Assembly: GCF_042643355.1 (NCBI RefSeq)
Contig: NZ_JBHRSS010000006.1
Span: 189,382-213,381 of the forward strand
Length of the DNA: 24,000 nucleotides
Reading direction: 5' to 3'
Origin: Salinisphaera aquimarina
GTDB taxonomy: Bacteria; Pseudomonadota; Gammaproteobacteria; Nevskiales; Salinisphaeraceae
Part shown: positions 1-8,352 of the stretch, piece by piece
How positions within the stretch are numbered: position 1 is the first letter of the stretch
Layout: every line of letters begins with the position of its first letter
Notes under the pieces: generated by a model
Seen by the model: the letters and a program-made list of their open reading frames with translations, nothing else
Told to the model about the DNA's origin: nothing
The model's database searches: none
Made by a program: the position numbers and the translations under genes

Positions 1-420
1 GTGTCTCGACGCCCAGTCGCGATCCGCAGCGTCCATGCCGCCCTTCTTCAAGAAAAAGTATGCCGAGACCAGCCGATCCCAGGGGTTGCGCACGATCGTG
101 AACTTGAAGTATGCCAGCAGCAGACGCGGCTCGAACACCCGACAATAGTGGGTCAGCGGCTTGTGCCCGCCGGCCAGATTGCCGAACAGGGCTCGACTCA
201 GCGACACACCCGCACACTTGGGAATATGAATGAACAGCGCGCGTCTTTCATCGAACGGATGATAGGAATAATCACTGTTCACAGCGGGCCGGCGTCGTTT
301 CTGCAACCGTTTGTGGGTCTTGGGCTGGGACAGGCGAAACTGCCACCAGAGCACTTCGAGGTGAATACGCTTGCCGATCGAGTAACGGCTAGGATTCGGC
401 GTGGCCGGGCGGTTGTCCAT
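1..420 (-). CDS. Sulfotransferase family protein (family-2 type), N-terminal 140 codons; the 3' end lies beyond the window
   Basis: The reverse-strand frame is open from the ATG at 420 to the window edge and is not listed in the supplied ORF track. My translation: MDNRPATPNPSRYSIGKRIHLEVLWWQFRLSQPKTHKRLQKRRRPAVNSDYSYHPFDERRALFIHIPKCAGVSLSRALFGNLAGGHKPLTHYCRVFEPRLLLAYFKFTIVRNPWDRLVSAYFFLKKGGMDAADRDWASRH. FIHIPKCAGVS resembles the PAPS 5'-phosphosulfate-binding loop and RNPWDRLVS the 3'-phosphate-binding motif of sulfotransferases. The listed + ORF 1..441 is its antisense shadow. Confidence 0.72.
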   Translation of the reverse strand, partial: MDNRPATPNPSRYSIGKRIHLEVLWWQFRLSQPKTHKRLQKRRRPAVNSDYSYHPFDERRALFIHIPKCAGVSLSRALFGNLAGGHKPLTHYCRVFEPRLLLAYFKFTIVRNPWDRLVSAYFFLKKGGMDAADRDWASRH

Positions 421-563
421 GGAATGTGTCTGATTAGCTGACATGGGTCTGTGGACGACGATACAACCATGGGTCATGGGCGGCGCGTTCCATGCGTGAT
501 CCCGGCGGCTATAATACTGCGTAGCAATAGGCTGACCGTGAAAACCATCCCGCGATCCAGCGC

Positions 564-1907
564 ATGTACGCACGGCGTCGGCGTAAAGCATACGCGCAGG
601 GCCGAGGGCCCGAAACGATAATCACACGCACACCCTGCACCCAACCGCACGGAAATCGCTTGCTGAAGACTACTCATCCGCCCGTCGTCGCCCTCTATCA
701 CGAGCATTTGCGCGGCGGCGGCGCAACCCAGGTCGTACTGCATCTCATCGACGGCCTTCGAGCGGCCGGCTATGCAGTCGAGCTGATTGTCAACGACGGC
801 GCCGGCGATTATGCGACACGTGTACCGGCAGATGTACGCGTGGTGATCTTGTCTCGCTCCAGTCAGACGCTGACAAGAGCGTACATGCTGCGCGCGGCGG
901 GCACTGATACCGATCTGTTGCGGCGCTCGGTATTCGTATCGCGCCGGCAACTCGACAAACTATGCTACCTACCCGGTCTCACACGCTATCTGAAAAAGCG
1001 CCGCCCGAGCCTGCTGATCTCCAACCTCTGGCAGCTTGCGATCACCGCCTTGTCGGCACGCGCCATCGCCGCCCCCGACACGCGCGTGGTCTGCGTCTTC
1101 CATAGCGCCTATTTCCAAAAGTGCGCCCAAAGCCATGCGAACGCCAAACGGCCGCGCAAATGGCAGCGCTTCTTCGCCTACTGCCAGCGCGTGTATGCAC
1201 GCGCCGATGCGCTGGTCACCGTTTCCCGCGGGATTGCAAACGATCTGACCACCACCCTCGACCTGCCGGCAGCGCTGGTACGCACCATCTACAACCCCGT
1301 GGTCGCCACTGACACGCTGGAGGCAGCGCCCGCCCGGCCGGCACATCGATGGTTCGAACACCATGAGTGCCCAGTCGTGATCGCAGTGGGCCGGCTCAGC
1401 CCCGAGAAGAACTACGACGCACTGCTGCAGGCTTTCGCCGCGAGTCGCGAGCGACGCAAAACACGGCTGTTGATTCTCGGAGAAGGCCACGGGCGCGCCG
1501 AACTCGAGCGACGTGTCGCCGCACTCAATCTGAACGGCGCGGTTGATCTGCTGGGCTGGGTCGAAGAGCCAGCCGCCTTTATCTGGCATGCCGACCTGTT
1601 CGTCCTGACGTCTCGCTGGGAAGGTCTGTCCAACGGTCTGATTGAAGCCCTTGCCGGGGGCTGTCCGATTGTCGCCTACGATTGTCCGCACGGCCCACGC
1701 GAGATTCTCGACGGTGGTCGCTACGGCACGCTGGTGCCGCTCGACAATATCGCAGCGCTGGCCTCGGCGATCGACCAGGCCCTGGATCAACCGCGGGACG
1801 CCGACCGCCTGCGTCGACGCGCGCGCGACTTTTCGATCGAGGCCGGCGTGTCGTCCTATGTAGCACTGGTCGATACACTACTCGGCACTGCGGCACCACG
1901 CCACTGA
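564..1907 (+). CDS. Glycosyltransferase family 4 (GT-B, GT1/GT4-type)
   Basis: C-terminal GT4 signature: RLSPEKNYDALLQAF...LLILGEG...TSRWEGLSNGLIEALAGGCPIVAYDCPHGPREIL. The N-terminal region has the HLRGGGATQVV nucleotide-sugar loop. The first ~32 codons (MYARRRRKAYAQ...) do not look protein-like. The true start is probably the in-frame TTG at 660 (LKTTHPPVVALYHEH...), so the start is uncertain. Confidence 0.85.
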   Translation: MYARRRRKAYAQGRGPETIITRTPCTQPHGNRLLKTTHPPVVALYHEHLRGGGATQVVLHLIDGLRAAGYAVELIVNDGAGDYATRVPADVRVVILSRSSQTLTRAYMLRAAGTDTDLLRRSVFVSRRQLDKLCYLPGLTRYLKKRRPSLLISNLWQLAITALSARAIAAPDTRVVCVFHSAYFQKCAQSHANAKRPRKWQRFFAYCQRVYARADALVTVSRGIANDLTTTLDLPAALVRTIYNPVVATDTLEAAPARPAHRWFEHHECPVVIAVGRLSPEKNYDALLQAFAASRERRKTRLLILGEGHGRAELERRVAALNLNGAVDLLGWVEEPAAFIWHADLFVLTSRWEGLSNGLIEALAGGCPIVAYDCPHGPREILDGGRYGTLVPLDNIAALASAIDQALDQPRDADRLRRRARDFSIEAGVSSYVALVDTLLGTAAPRH

Positions 1908-1954
1908 TTCCCCGACGGCGTCGCGAACCGATTTTCCCGGCCTGGACTCCGAAC

Positions 1955-2827
1955 ATGGCTTTCACCAAGAAACTAGCCAAGAAAATCACGCCGTCCGGTG
2001 GCTTTTTCGGCCACGGCGTCGCCGACCCGATGTCGGCGCCGGCCGTCAGTCCCGACCGCATCACCCATGTTCATCCCCGCGATCTGGACGACTTCCTCGC
2101 CCGTGATGACAGCAATGCGCCGATAACCTTCGACGACGGCTATGCCGACAACCTCACCACAGCCCTGCCGATCCTGGAGAAACACGATCGCAGCGCCACG
2201 GTCTTCGTGACCACCGGATTCGTCTGTCGCAGTCACCCGCTGCTGGCCCGACTGGCCGCCCATGTCGCCCGGCACGACGACTGGACCCGGCCTTCGGTCG
2301 CAGCCTGGACCCGGGGCATCACAGACGCGGCGCAGACCTACGAACGATTACGCGAGGCCCTCAAGCGCCTGGGCGCGGAAGCCCTGCACGAGCGCCAGCA
2401 GGCCATTATGGCCGACTACGATCTCCAGCCGGCCGATCTGACCTCCGACTATCTCAGCCTCGAACAACTGCAAACGCTCGACGCCCATCCGCTGATCCAT
2501 ATCGGCGCCCATACCCATAGTCATCCGGATCTGCGTTTCTGTTCGGCAGCCGAGTTGACAGTGGAACTGGTCGACGCCCGGCGCCAGCTCGAAGCCTGGC
2601 TGGGCCACCCGGTCACGACCCTGGCCTACCCGTTCGGCGATACCGACACGCGCGTGCGGCAGGCGGCGGCCAAGGCAGGATACCAGCAGGCCTTTGTGAC
2701 CGAAGCCCCCAACTGGCGGACCTATGTACCGGCCTACGGACGACTGGATCTACCGCGCATCGATCTGAGCGGCGAAGTCCGTCGCATGCGTCGGCGCGAG
2801 CGCAAACGTGTTGCTGCCGGGAATTAG
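1955..2827 (+). CDS. Polysaccharide deacetylase (NodB homology domain, CE4-type)
   Basis: NodB motifs are present: ITFDDGYADN, GAHTHSHPDL and LAYPFGD. Start chosen at ATG 1955 (MAFTKKLAKK...). The track ORF extends to 1682, but that part overlaps the preceding GT4 gene and is Arg/Pro-rich junk. The stop overlaps the convergent GT2 stop by 4 nt (TTAG at 2824-2827). Confidence 0.85.
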   Translation: MAFTKKLAKKITPSGGFFGHGVADPMSAPAVSPDRITHVHPRDLDDFLARDDSNAPITFDDGYADNLTTALPILEKHDRSATVFVTTGFVCRSHPLLARLAAHVARHDDWTRPSVAAWTRGITDAAQTYERLREALKRLGAEALHERQQAIMADYDLQPADLTSDYLSLEQLQTLDAHPLIHIGAHTHSHPDLRFCSAAELTVELVDARRQLEAWLGHPVTTLAYPFGDTDTRVRQAAAKAGYQQAFVTEAPNWRTYVPAYGRLDLPRIDLSGEVRRMRRRERKRVAAGN

Positions 2828-3873
2828 GGCACGTTGCCGTGGCGACGCTCGGCCCACCACGCACCCGGCAACGCACGCGCCAGCGGCAGCCCGACACAGC
2901 GCAGCCATACCGACGGCCCCACCCGTTTGGCCGCCTTGCGGCAGACGTTGATCCACATCTGTGCGGCCAGTCGCGTGAAGGCGGGCTCCGGATAGCAACG
3001 TCGTTCAGCGTTGGCGGCGACCAGGCGCGTGAGCCAGTCGGCCGCCCAGTCGACATAGGCACAATCGAGATAGGCGCCGGTCTGTGCCTCGAACATGCGA
3101 CGGCCGGTATAGAGCAGATGATGAAAGAGCACGTCCCGCGCATCAAAGCACATCCCCAGCGCGTCAAGCTGGCGCGCCTGGATCTGCTGGCGCCGGGCAT
3201 GACTTTCGGCCACCCGGGCGGTCGAGGCCTGTGCGTCGTGACTGCGATATTCGATCAGGCGCGCCGGTAGTACGGCCATGCCGTGTGCCGGGCGCATGCG
3301 ATCCCAGAGATCATAGTCCTCGGCGACCGAATACTCTGGGTCGTAGGCGTAGCCCGCCATCGCCGCGCGCCTCGCCATCACCGTCGGGTTATGAATGACG
3401 CCGCGGTAGAGTAGATAACAGGCCACCATGTCCGGCGATAGGCGGCGATGATTCTTCTTGGCTGGCAAGCGATTGCCGTGGGCGTCGATGGTGTGCCACC
3501 AGCTGCCCAGCACATCCACTTGAGGATGCGCATCAAGGAAAGCCACTTGTTGGGCCAATCGATCCGGCAGGCAGCGGTCGTCGGCATCCAGCAGCGCGAG
3601 AAATTCACCGCGCGCCTCGGCCAGCCCCTGGTTGCGTACCGCAGGGCGCCCGCCGTTGGTATCACGTTCGATCAGGCGCAGACGCTCATCGCCGATTTGT
3701 CGGCAGATTGCGACCGTGTCGTCCACCGAGCAGTCGTCGATCACCAGCAGCTCGAAATCCCGGTACGCCTGCGCCAGGACACTCTCGATCGCTTCGCCGA
3801 TATAGGCTGACGCGTTGTAGGCCGGGATACAGACCGTCACCCGCGGAACAGATGTCGCGCCGTCGACGGTCAT
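2824..3873 (-). CDS. Glycosyltransferase family 2
   Basis: GT2 N-terminal domain: VTVCIPAYNASAYIGEAIESVLAQAYRDFELLVIDDCSVDDT...LALLDADD. Start chosen at ATG 3873 (MTVDGATSVPR...), which forms an ATGA overlap with the stop of the upstream GT4 gene (3870-3873), suggesting translational coupling. The track extension to 4227 lies inside the upstream gene. Confidence 0.85.
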   Translation of the reverse strand: MTVDGATSVPRVTVCIPAYNASAYIGEAIESVLAQAYRDFELLVIDDCSVDDTVAICRQIGDERLRLIERDTNGGRPAVRNQGLAEARGEFLALLDADDRCLPDRLAQQVAFLDAHPQVDVLGSWWHTIDAHGNRLPAKKNHRRLSPDMVACYLLYRGVIHNPTVMARRAAMAGYAYDPEYSVAEDYDLWDRMRPAHGMAVLPARLIEYRSHDAQASTARVAESHARRQQIQARQLDALGMCFDARDVLFHHLLYTGRRMFEAQTGAYLDCAYVDWAADWLTRLVAANAERRCYPEPAFTRLAAQMWINVCRKAAKRVGPSVWLRCVGLPLARALPGAWWAERRHGNVP

Positions 3874-5225
3874 CGGCACACCCGACGGATCAGTTGCTGA
3901 TAGGCATCGGCCGCCCGATCGACGCTGAACCACGCGCCACGCTCGATGAGCTGCTCGGTGGCCGGCTGATGCGCAAGCGTTGCACCGATCGCCGCGGCCA
4001 ACCCGTCGGTATCGCCCACCGGAACCAGCGTACCGAAACGGCCATCGGCCAGAATTTCGCGTGGGCCGCTCGGACAATCGAAAGCCACCACCGGGCAGCC
4101 GCATGCCAGCGCCTCGATCGGCGCGACCGGCAGACCCTCGAACATCGAAGAGAGCACGAACACCCCGGCGCGCGCCATGCAGGCATAGGGGTTGTCGACC
4201 CAGCCCGGCATGGCCACATCCGCGCAAACGCCCAGGGCCGCGGCTCGGTCGGCCAGTTCGTCGCGCTGTGGGCCCTCCCCCAGGATCAGCAGGCGAGCCG
4301 CAACCCCGTCGGCACGCAATGTCGCAAAGGCCTCGATCAACCAGATGAACCCCTTCTCCTCGACCAGCCGGCCAACCGCGAGTATCACCGGCGGCCCATC
4401 GTCGCGCAGCCAGTCGTGCCCGGGCGACTCAGCGGCTCGATGCGCAAGCTCGGCCCCGACCACGGGGTTGTAGATCGTCGTGATCAGCCGCCGATCTATT
4501 CCGGCGACCGCAGCCAGATCATCGGCGACACCGTCGGATACCCCGACCACGGCATCCGCCTGCGGATACAGTCGGTGCATGAGCACGCGTCGATACGACA
4601 ACACCGCATGGGTCCGCGGATCGTCACGGAACACATCGAGCCAGCGCGAAAACGTGCTGTGTTCGATGACGACGACCTTCGTATTCACAGCAGCGATCCG
4701 CGCCGCCCACAGGGCCAGAAACGGAATCCGGCCATGGGCAGCAAACACAACGCAGGGACGCTGGCGCTCGATATAGTCCGCGAGACACAGAAGCCGGCGC
4801 AGTGGGATATAGCAATCCTTGCGACCGAACAGACGCATGAGCTGGGCGAAGCCTTCTCGCGGCCAACGGCCGATCAGGCGCGCATAGGGCGGTACCTTCG
4901 GCCCTTTTTCGAGCACAACCAGCGTGACGCCATCCGGTACGCGATCCAGGTATCCCCCGCGGCGATGCTCAAGCACGATATCCACCGCGTAACCGCGATC
5001 CGCGAGCGCTTGTGCGAGCAGCAGCGTCACGCGCTCCATGCCACCCGAGGCCAGCGCCGGCAAATAGAACGCCAGCCGAGACTTTGAATCGGGAATCGCC
5101 ACGCTATCGGGCCTGCGGATGGTCGTCGTCTCCGTCTGAAGCACAATCGCCGAACGGCGCGGACCCTCATCATACCGACCAATCGCCGCACCCAAAAGTG
5201 TCGCCGGTCTCGGCGAAGACTTCAT
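3870..5225 (-). CDS. Glycosyltransferase family 4 (paralogue of 564..1907)
   Basis: Motifs: LAFYLPALASGGMERV..., RLVEEKGFIWLIEAF, LLILGEG, SSMFEGLPVAPIEALACGCPVVAFDCPSGPREIL. It is collinear with the other GT4 over most of its length. The ATG at 5225 leaves only 22 bp to the divergent gene at 5248. An in-frame GTG at 5102 (VAIPDSKSRLAFYL...) fits the family N-terminus better, so the start is uncertain. Confidence 0.85.
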   Translation of the reverse strand: MKSSPRPATLLGAAIGRYDEGPRRSAIVLQTETTTIRRPDSVAIPDSKSRLAFYLPALASGGMERVTLLLAQALADRGYAVDIVLEHRRGGYLDRVPDGVTLVVLEKGPKVPPYARLIGRWPREGFAQLMRLFGRKDCYIPLRRLLCLADYIERQRPCVVFAAHGRIPFLALWAARIAAVNTKVVVIEHSTFSRWLDVFRDDPRTHAVLSYRRVLMHRLYPQADAVVGVSDGVADDLAAVAGIDRRLITTIYNPVVGAELAHRAAESPGHDWLRDDGPPVILAVGRLVEEKGFIWLIEAFATLRADGVAARLLILGEGPQRDELADRAAALGVCADVAMPGWVDNPYACMARAGVFVLSSMFEGLPVAPIEALACGCPVVAFDCPSGPREILADGRFGTLVPVGDTDGLAAAIGATLAHQPATEQLIERGAWFSVDRAADAYQQLIRRVCR

Positions 5226-5247
5226 ACGCCGTTATACTCGGGCACTT

Positions 5248-6120
5248 ATGGAATCAAATCGCACCATCTCTGCAGCACAGCGCTCGCCGGTCAATATCTG
5301 TGTGCTTTGCGCCGTATGGAACGCCGAAGAGTGGATAGGCCGCTCACTGGATTCGATTGCGGCACAGCGCTACCCGCATTTTCGATGTGCGGTGATTGAT
5401 GACGCGTCGACCGACGCGACATGGGCTATCGCTCAGGAGCGCATAGCGCGCAACGATCGATTCATAGGTTGGCAGAACGACACGCGTCTGGACAGCACGA
5501 CCGAGAATCACATCGCCGCCGTCGAAGCAATTTCGAAAGACCCCTGGGACGTGATGGTGGTCGTCGACGGCGACGACTGGCTCGCCCACCCGGGGGTATT
5601 CGACGAGATCGCGGCCGTATATGCCGACCCCGATGTCTGGCTAACCTATGGAAGCTTCCAATTGTGGCGAAACAAACTGCTGGAGCGATGGGGCGTGCGC
5701 GCCGAGCGTGGCTGGATCCGAGCCTATCCCGACTTCGTCGCCGAACACAACCTGTTTCGTTACTACCATTTCGAGGCGTCCCATCTGCGAACCTGGCGAC
5801 GCTTTCTTTGGGATCGGATCGACTCCGCACATCTGAAAGGCCCCGATGACCGGTACGTCAACACCGCAGGGGATGTAGCGACCATGATCCCGATGCTCGA
5901 GATGGCGGGGCCAGCGCATATTCGTTATATCGACTCACTGCTCTATATTTACAACCACAAGAATCCGCTCAGCATGGGACGCACACGCCGCAGCGAACAG
6001 GATCTTGTTGATCTACAGGTGCGCGCACTGCCCCGGTATAGGCCACTGCAGCAAGGTGAGATCGAGGCACAGACCGACGCCACAGCGGCCACCCCGGCGC
6101 GGCTATATCGCGGTCTCTGA
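5248..6120 (+). CDS. Glycosyltransferase, GT-A fold (family 2-like)
   Basis: The N-terminus ICVLCAVWNAEEWIGRSLDSIAAQRYPHFRCAVIDDASTDAT and a later VVVDGDDW (DxD-type) motif are typical of GT2-type enzymes. It is divergent from the GT4 gene on the other strand. Confidence 0.72.
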   Translation: MESNRTISAAQRSPVNICVLCAVWNAEEWIGRSLDSIAAQRYPHFRCAVIDDASTDATWAIAQERIARNDRFIGWQNDTRLDSTTENHIAAVEAISKDPWDVMVVVDGDDWLAHPGVFDEIAAVYADPDVWLTYGSFQLWRNKLLERWGVRAERGWIRAYPDFVAEHNLFRYYHFEASHLRTWRRFLWDRIDSAHLKGPDDRYVNTAGDVATMIPMLEMAGPAHIRYIDSLLYIYNHKNPLSMGRTRRSEQDLVDLQVRALPRYRPLQQGEIEAQTDATAATPARLYRGL

Positions 6121-6519
6121 ACCATATACCTATTCTCGGATTTCGCAGCCTATTCGGCGCAGTCTTAGGCGCGGCGCACATGTTTTCAAAGCCGACGCTG
6201 CCCGCGCTTGCCGGCTGCGCGTAGCGAGACTCATGAGCCAAACGGCACTCCGCTTACGCAATGCATCTACTATCGGCATCCGCGGCGAGATCGCGGACGG
6301 CTAAGACGTATGCGATCGATGTCACGTCCACCGATTCGCTCAATAACGCCAAACACCACGTTTCGTGAAAGAATTAGACTTCACAGGCCTCGTTTTCAGA
6401 AGAATCCCGCTAAAACACGTTTTTATGAGCCAAAGCAGCCTGGTCGGCAATATACAGATATCGCAAAGCGATTGTCGCTACATCTAGCCGCTGGATTAGC
6501 GAATATAGAGAAATCCTGC

Positions 6520-7371
6520 ATGAGGAAAATTAAAAGAATCTGGCGAAAAATGACCGGCCGTACCAGCCGAAAACAAGCCAAGACAGATGCCGCCCGAGCC
6601 ACAGCAGCGGTTCCCGAAATGACGCCGATGGGATTCAAGCTAGCCGGCCACGACGCCATGGGCAGTGGCGACTTCGAACCAACGGAGACCCGGCTGGTCA
6701 AGCAAATACTGCCCAAGGTCGACGTATTCGTGAATGTCGGCGCCAATATTGGCTATTATTGCTGCCTCGCGCTCCAGGCGGAACGGCAGGTGATCGCCTT
6801 CGAGCCGATTGCAGAGAACGTCCAGCATCTGCTATCCAACGTGCGCGCTAACAACTGGGAAGCGTTAATCGAAGTGTACCCATTGGCGCTATCCGACCGA
6901 ATCGGTGTCATCGATATCTACGGATGGGGCACTTGGGCTTCTGTGATTAAAGGCTGGGCGGGCACCGCCGAAAGACATGTAACGCAAGTGCCGACGAATC
7001 GCCTTGATAACGTATTGGCCGCACGCCTGGAAAACCGCCGCAGCCTTATTCTTGTAGACATTGAAGGCGCGGAATTTCTGATGCTGGCCGGTGCCCACCG
7101 AATTCTGGAGCAGACCTGCGCGCCGATTTGGTTGATCGAAATATCCATCGACGAACATCAGCCCAATGGTCTCCCAATCAATCCCAGGCTGCGTGAAACT
7201 TTTGATTTATTCTGGCGCAGCGGCTACCAGGCCTGGACCGCCACGGACGATCCAAGACCGGTCGAGCCAGCCGACGTAGATCACGTCGTCGCCAGTGGGA
7301 CCAATCTACTCGGAACCCACAATTTTCTGTTCATTAAATCTCAACTGATGTCTGAACTGCTTGCGCACTAA
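6520..7371 (+). CDS. FkbM-family SAM-dependent methyltransferase
   Basis: Motifs: VFVNVGANIGYYCCLA (SAM-binding loop), VIAFEPIAENVQHL, YPLALSD and LVDIEGAEFLMLAGA are characteristic of the FkbM family. Start chosen at ATG 6520 (MRKIKRIW...). The in-frame upstream stretch 6208-6519 is AT-rich and not protein-like. Confidence 0.85.
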   Translation: MRKIKRIWRKMTGRTSRKQAKTDAARATAAVPEMTPMGFKLAGHDAMGSGDFEPTETRLVKQILPKVDVFVNVGANIGYYCCLALQAERQVIAFEPIAENVQHLLSNVRANNWEALIEVYPLALSDRIGVIDIYGWGTWASVIKGWAGTAERHVTQVPTNRLDNVLAARLENRRSLILVDIEGAEFLMLAGAHRILEQTCAPIWLIEISIDEHQPNGLPINPRLRETFDLFWRSGYQAWTATDDPRPVEPADVDHVVASGTNLLGTHNFLFIKSQLMSELLAH

Positions 7372-7398
7372 TCGAAATTATATCGATCGCAGGTCTGA

Positions 7399-8352
7399 TC
7401 AAGAGCGTGAATATCTATCCAGGAACGCCGTGTAGGTTTGTAATATGCCGTCCTTGAGCGGCGTTCTGGCCTTCCATCCCAGTTGCTGCAAGCGCGAAAC
7501 ATCAAGCAGTTTTCGCGGCGTTCCATCCGGTTTGTCGGTATCCCGCCTTATATCACCCTGAAACCCGACCACTGCCGCGACCAGATGCGCCAGCTCAAGA
7601 ATGGAAATATCCTCGCCCACACCGACGTTGAGCGCCATGTCGTCCGAGTACTCCTGCATCAGGAACACGCAGGCATCCGCCAGATCGTCCACATAGAGAA
7701 ACTCTCGACGCGGCGTGCCGCTGCCCCAGATCGTTATATGATCCGCACCCGACTCTTTAGCCTCATGGCATTTTCGGATCAAGGCCGGCAGGACGTGTGA
7801 GCTCTGCAAGTCGAAATTGTCGCCCGGCCCATAAAGGTTGGTGGGCATGACGGAAATGGCGTCGAAGCCGTGCTGACGACGATACGCCTGGCAGAGTTTC
7901 AGGCCGGCGATCTTTGCGATCGCATACCACTGGTTGGTGGGTTCCAGCGCACCGGTCAACAGCGCCTCCTCGGTGATTGGCTGCTCCGCGTATTTTGGAT
8001 AGATACAGGAGGAGCCGAGAAACAGGAGCTTCTTGGCACCGTGCCGATAGGCGGCCTCGATGACGTTGGTCTGGATGCGGAGGTTGTCCTGCAGGAAATC
8101 GACAGGCTGCCGGTCGTTGGCCATGATGCCGCCGACCCAGGCGGCCGCCAGGAACACATGGTCGATCGTTTCACTCCGGAAGAATGCGTCGACCGCTCGC
8201 GGATCGCGCAGGTCCAGCTGGTCCGAGCTGCGGGTGACGATATCCGCATGCCCAGCCTGGCGCAGGCGGCGTTCAATCGCACTGCCCACCAGCCCGCGAT
8301 GACCGGCGACATACACAGGCCCAACCCGCCTATTCGCCTGGTCTTCATCCAT
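7399..8352 (-). CDS. fcl: GDP-L-fucose synthase (GDP-4-keto-6-deoxy-D-mannose 3,5-epimerase/4-reductase)
   Basis: Motifs: [14 protein letters not shown]..., [49 protein letters not shown]..., [12 protein letters not shown]. This closely matches the Fcl/WcaG family. Start chosen at ATG 8352 ([20 protein letters not shown]), which overlaps the gmd 3' end by 8 nt. An alternative in-frame ATG lies at 8388. Confidence 0.9.
   Translation of the reverse strand: MDEDQANRRVGPVYVAGHRGLVGSAIERRLRQAGHADIVTRSSDQLDLRDPRAVDAFFRSETIDHVFLAAAWVGGIMANDRQPVDFLQDNLRIQTNVIEAAYRHGAKKLLFLGSSCIYPKYAEQPITEEALLTGALEPTNQWYAIAKIAGLKLCQAYRRQHGFDAISVMPTNLYGPGDNFDLQSSHVLPALIRKCHEAKESGADHITIWGSGTPRREFLYVDDLADACVFLMQEYSDDMALNVGVGEDISILELAHLVAAVVGFQGDIRRDTDKPDGTPRKLLDVSRLQQLGWKARTPLKDGILQTYTAFLDRYSRS

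Noticed and set aside
1-441. 146-aa + strand ORF at the left edge
   Set aside because: It has no recognisable motifs. It lies exactly antisense to a reverse-strand frame with clear sulfotransferase motifs, which is typical high-GC shadow ORF behaviour.
474-950. 158-aa reverse-strand ORF
   Set aside because: It spans the divergent intergenic region and the 5' part of the GT4 gene. The sequence is Arg/Ala/Cys-rich with no family resemblance, so it is judged spurious.
3708-5087. 459-aa + strand ORF
   Set aside because: It is antisense to the well-supported GT4 gene 3870..5225. It has Arg/Pro-rich low-complexity composition and is a shadow ORF.
6208-6519. N-terminal extension of the FkbM methyltransferase ORF
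   Set aside because: The stretch is AT-rich with non-protein-like content (MPAARSETHEPNG...RRMRSMSRPP...). The FkbM domain and a sensible N-terminus begin at ATG 6520.
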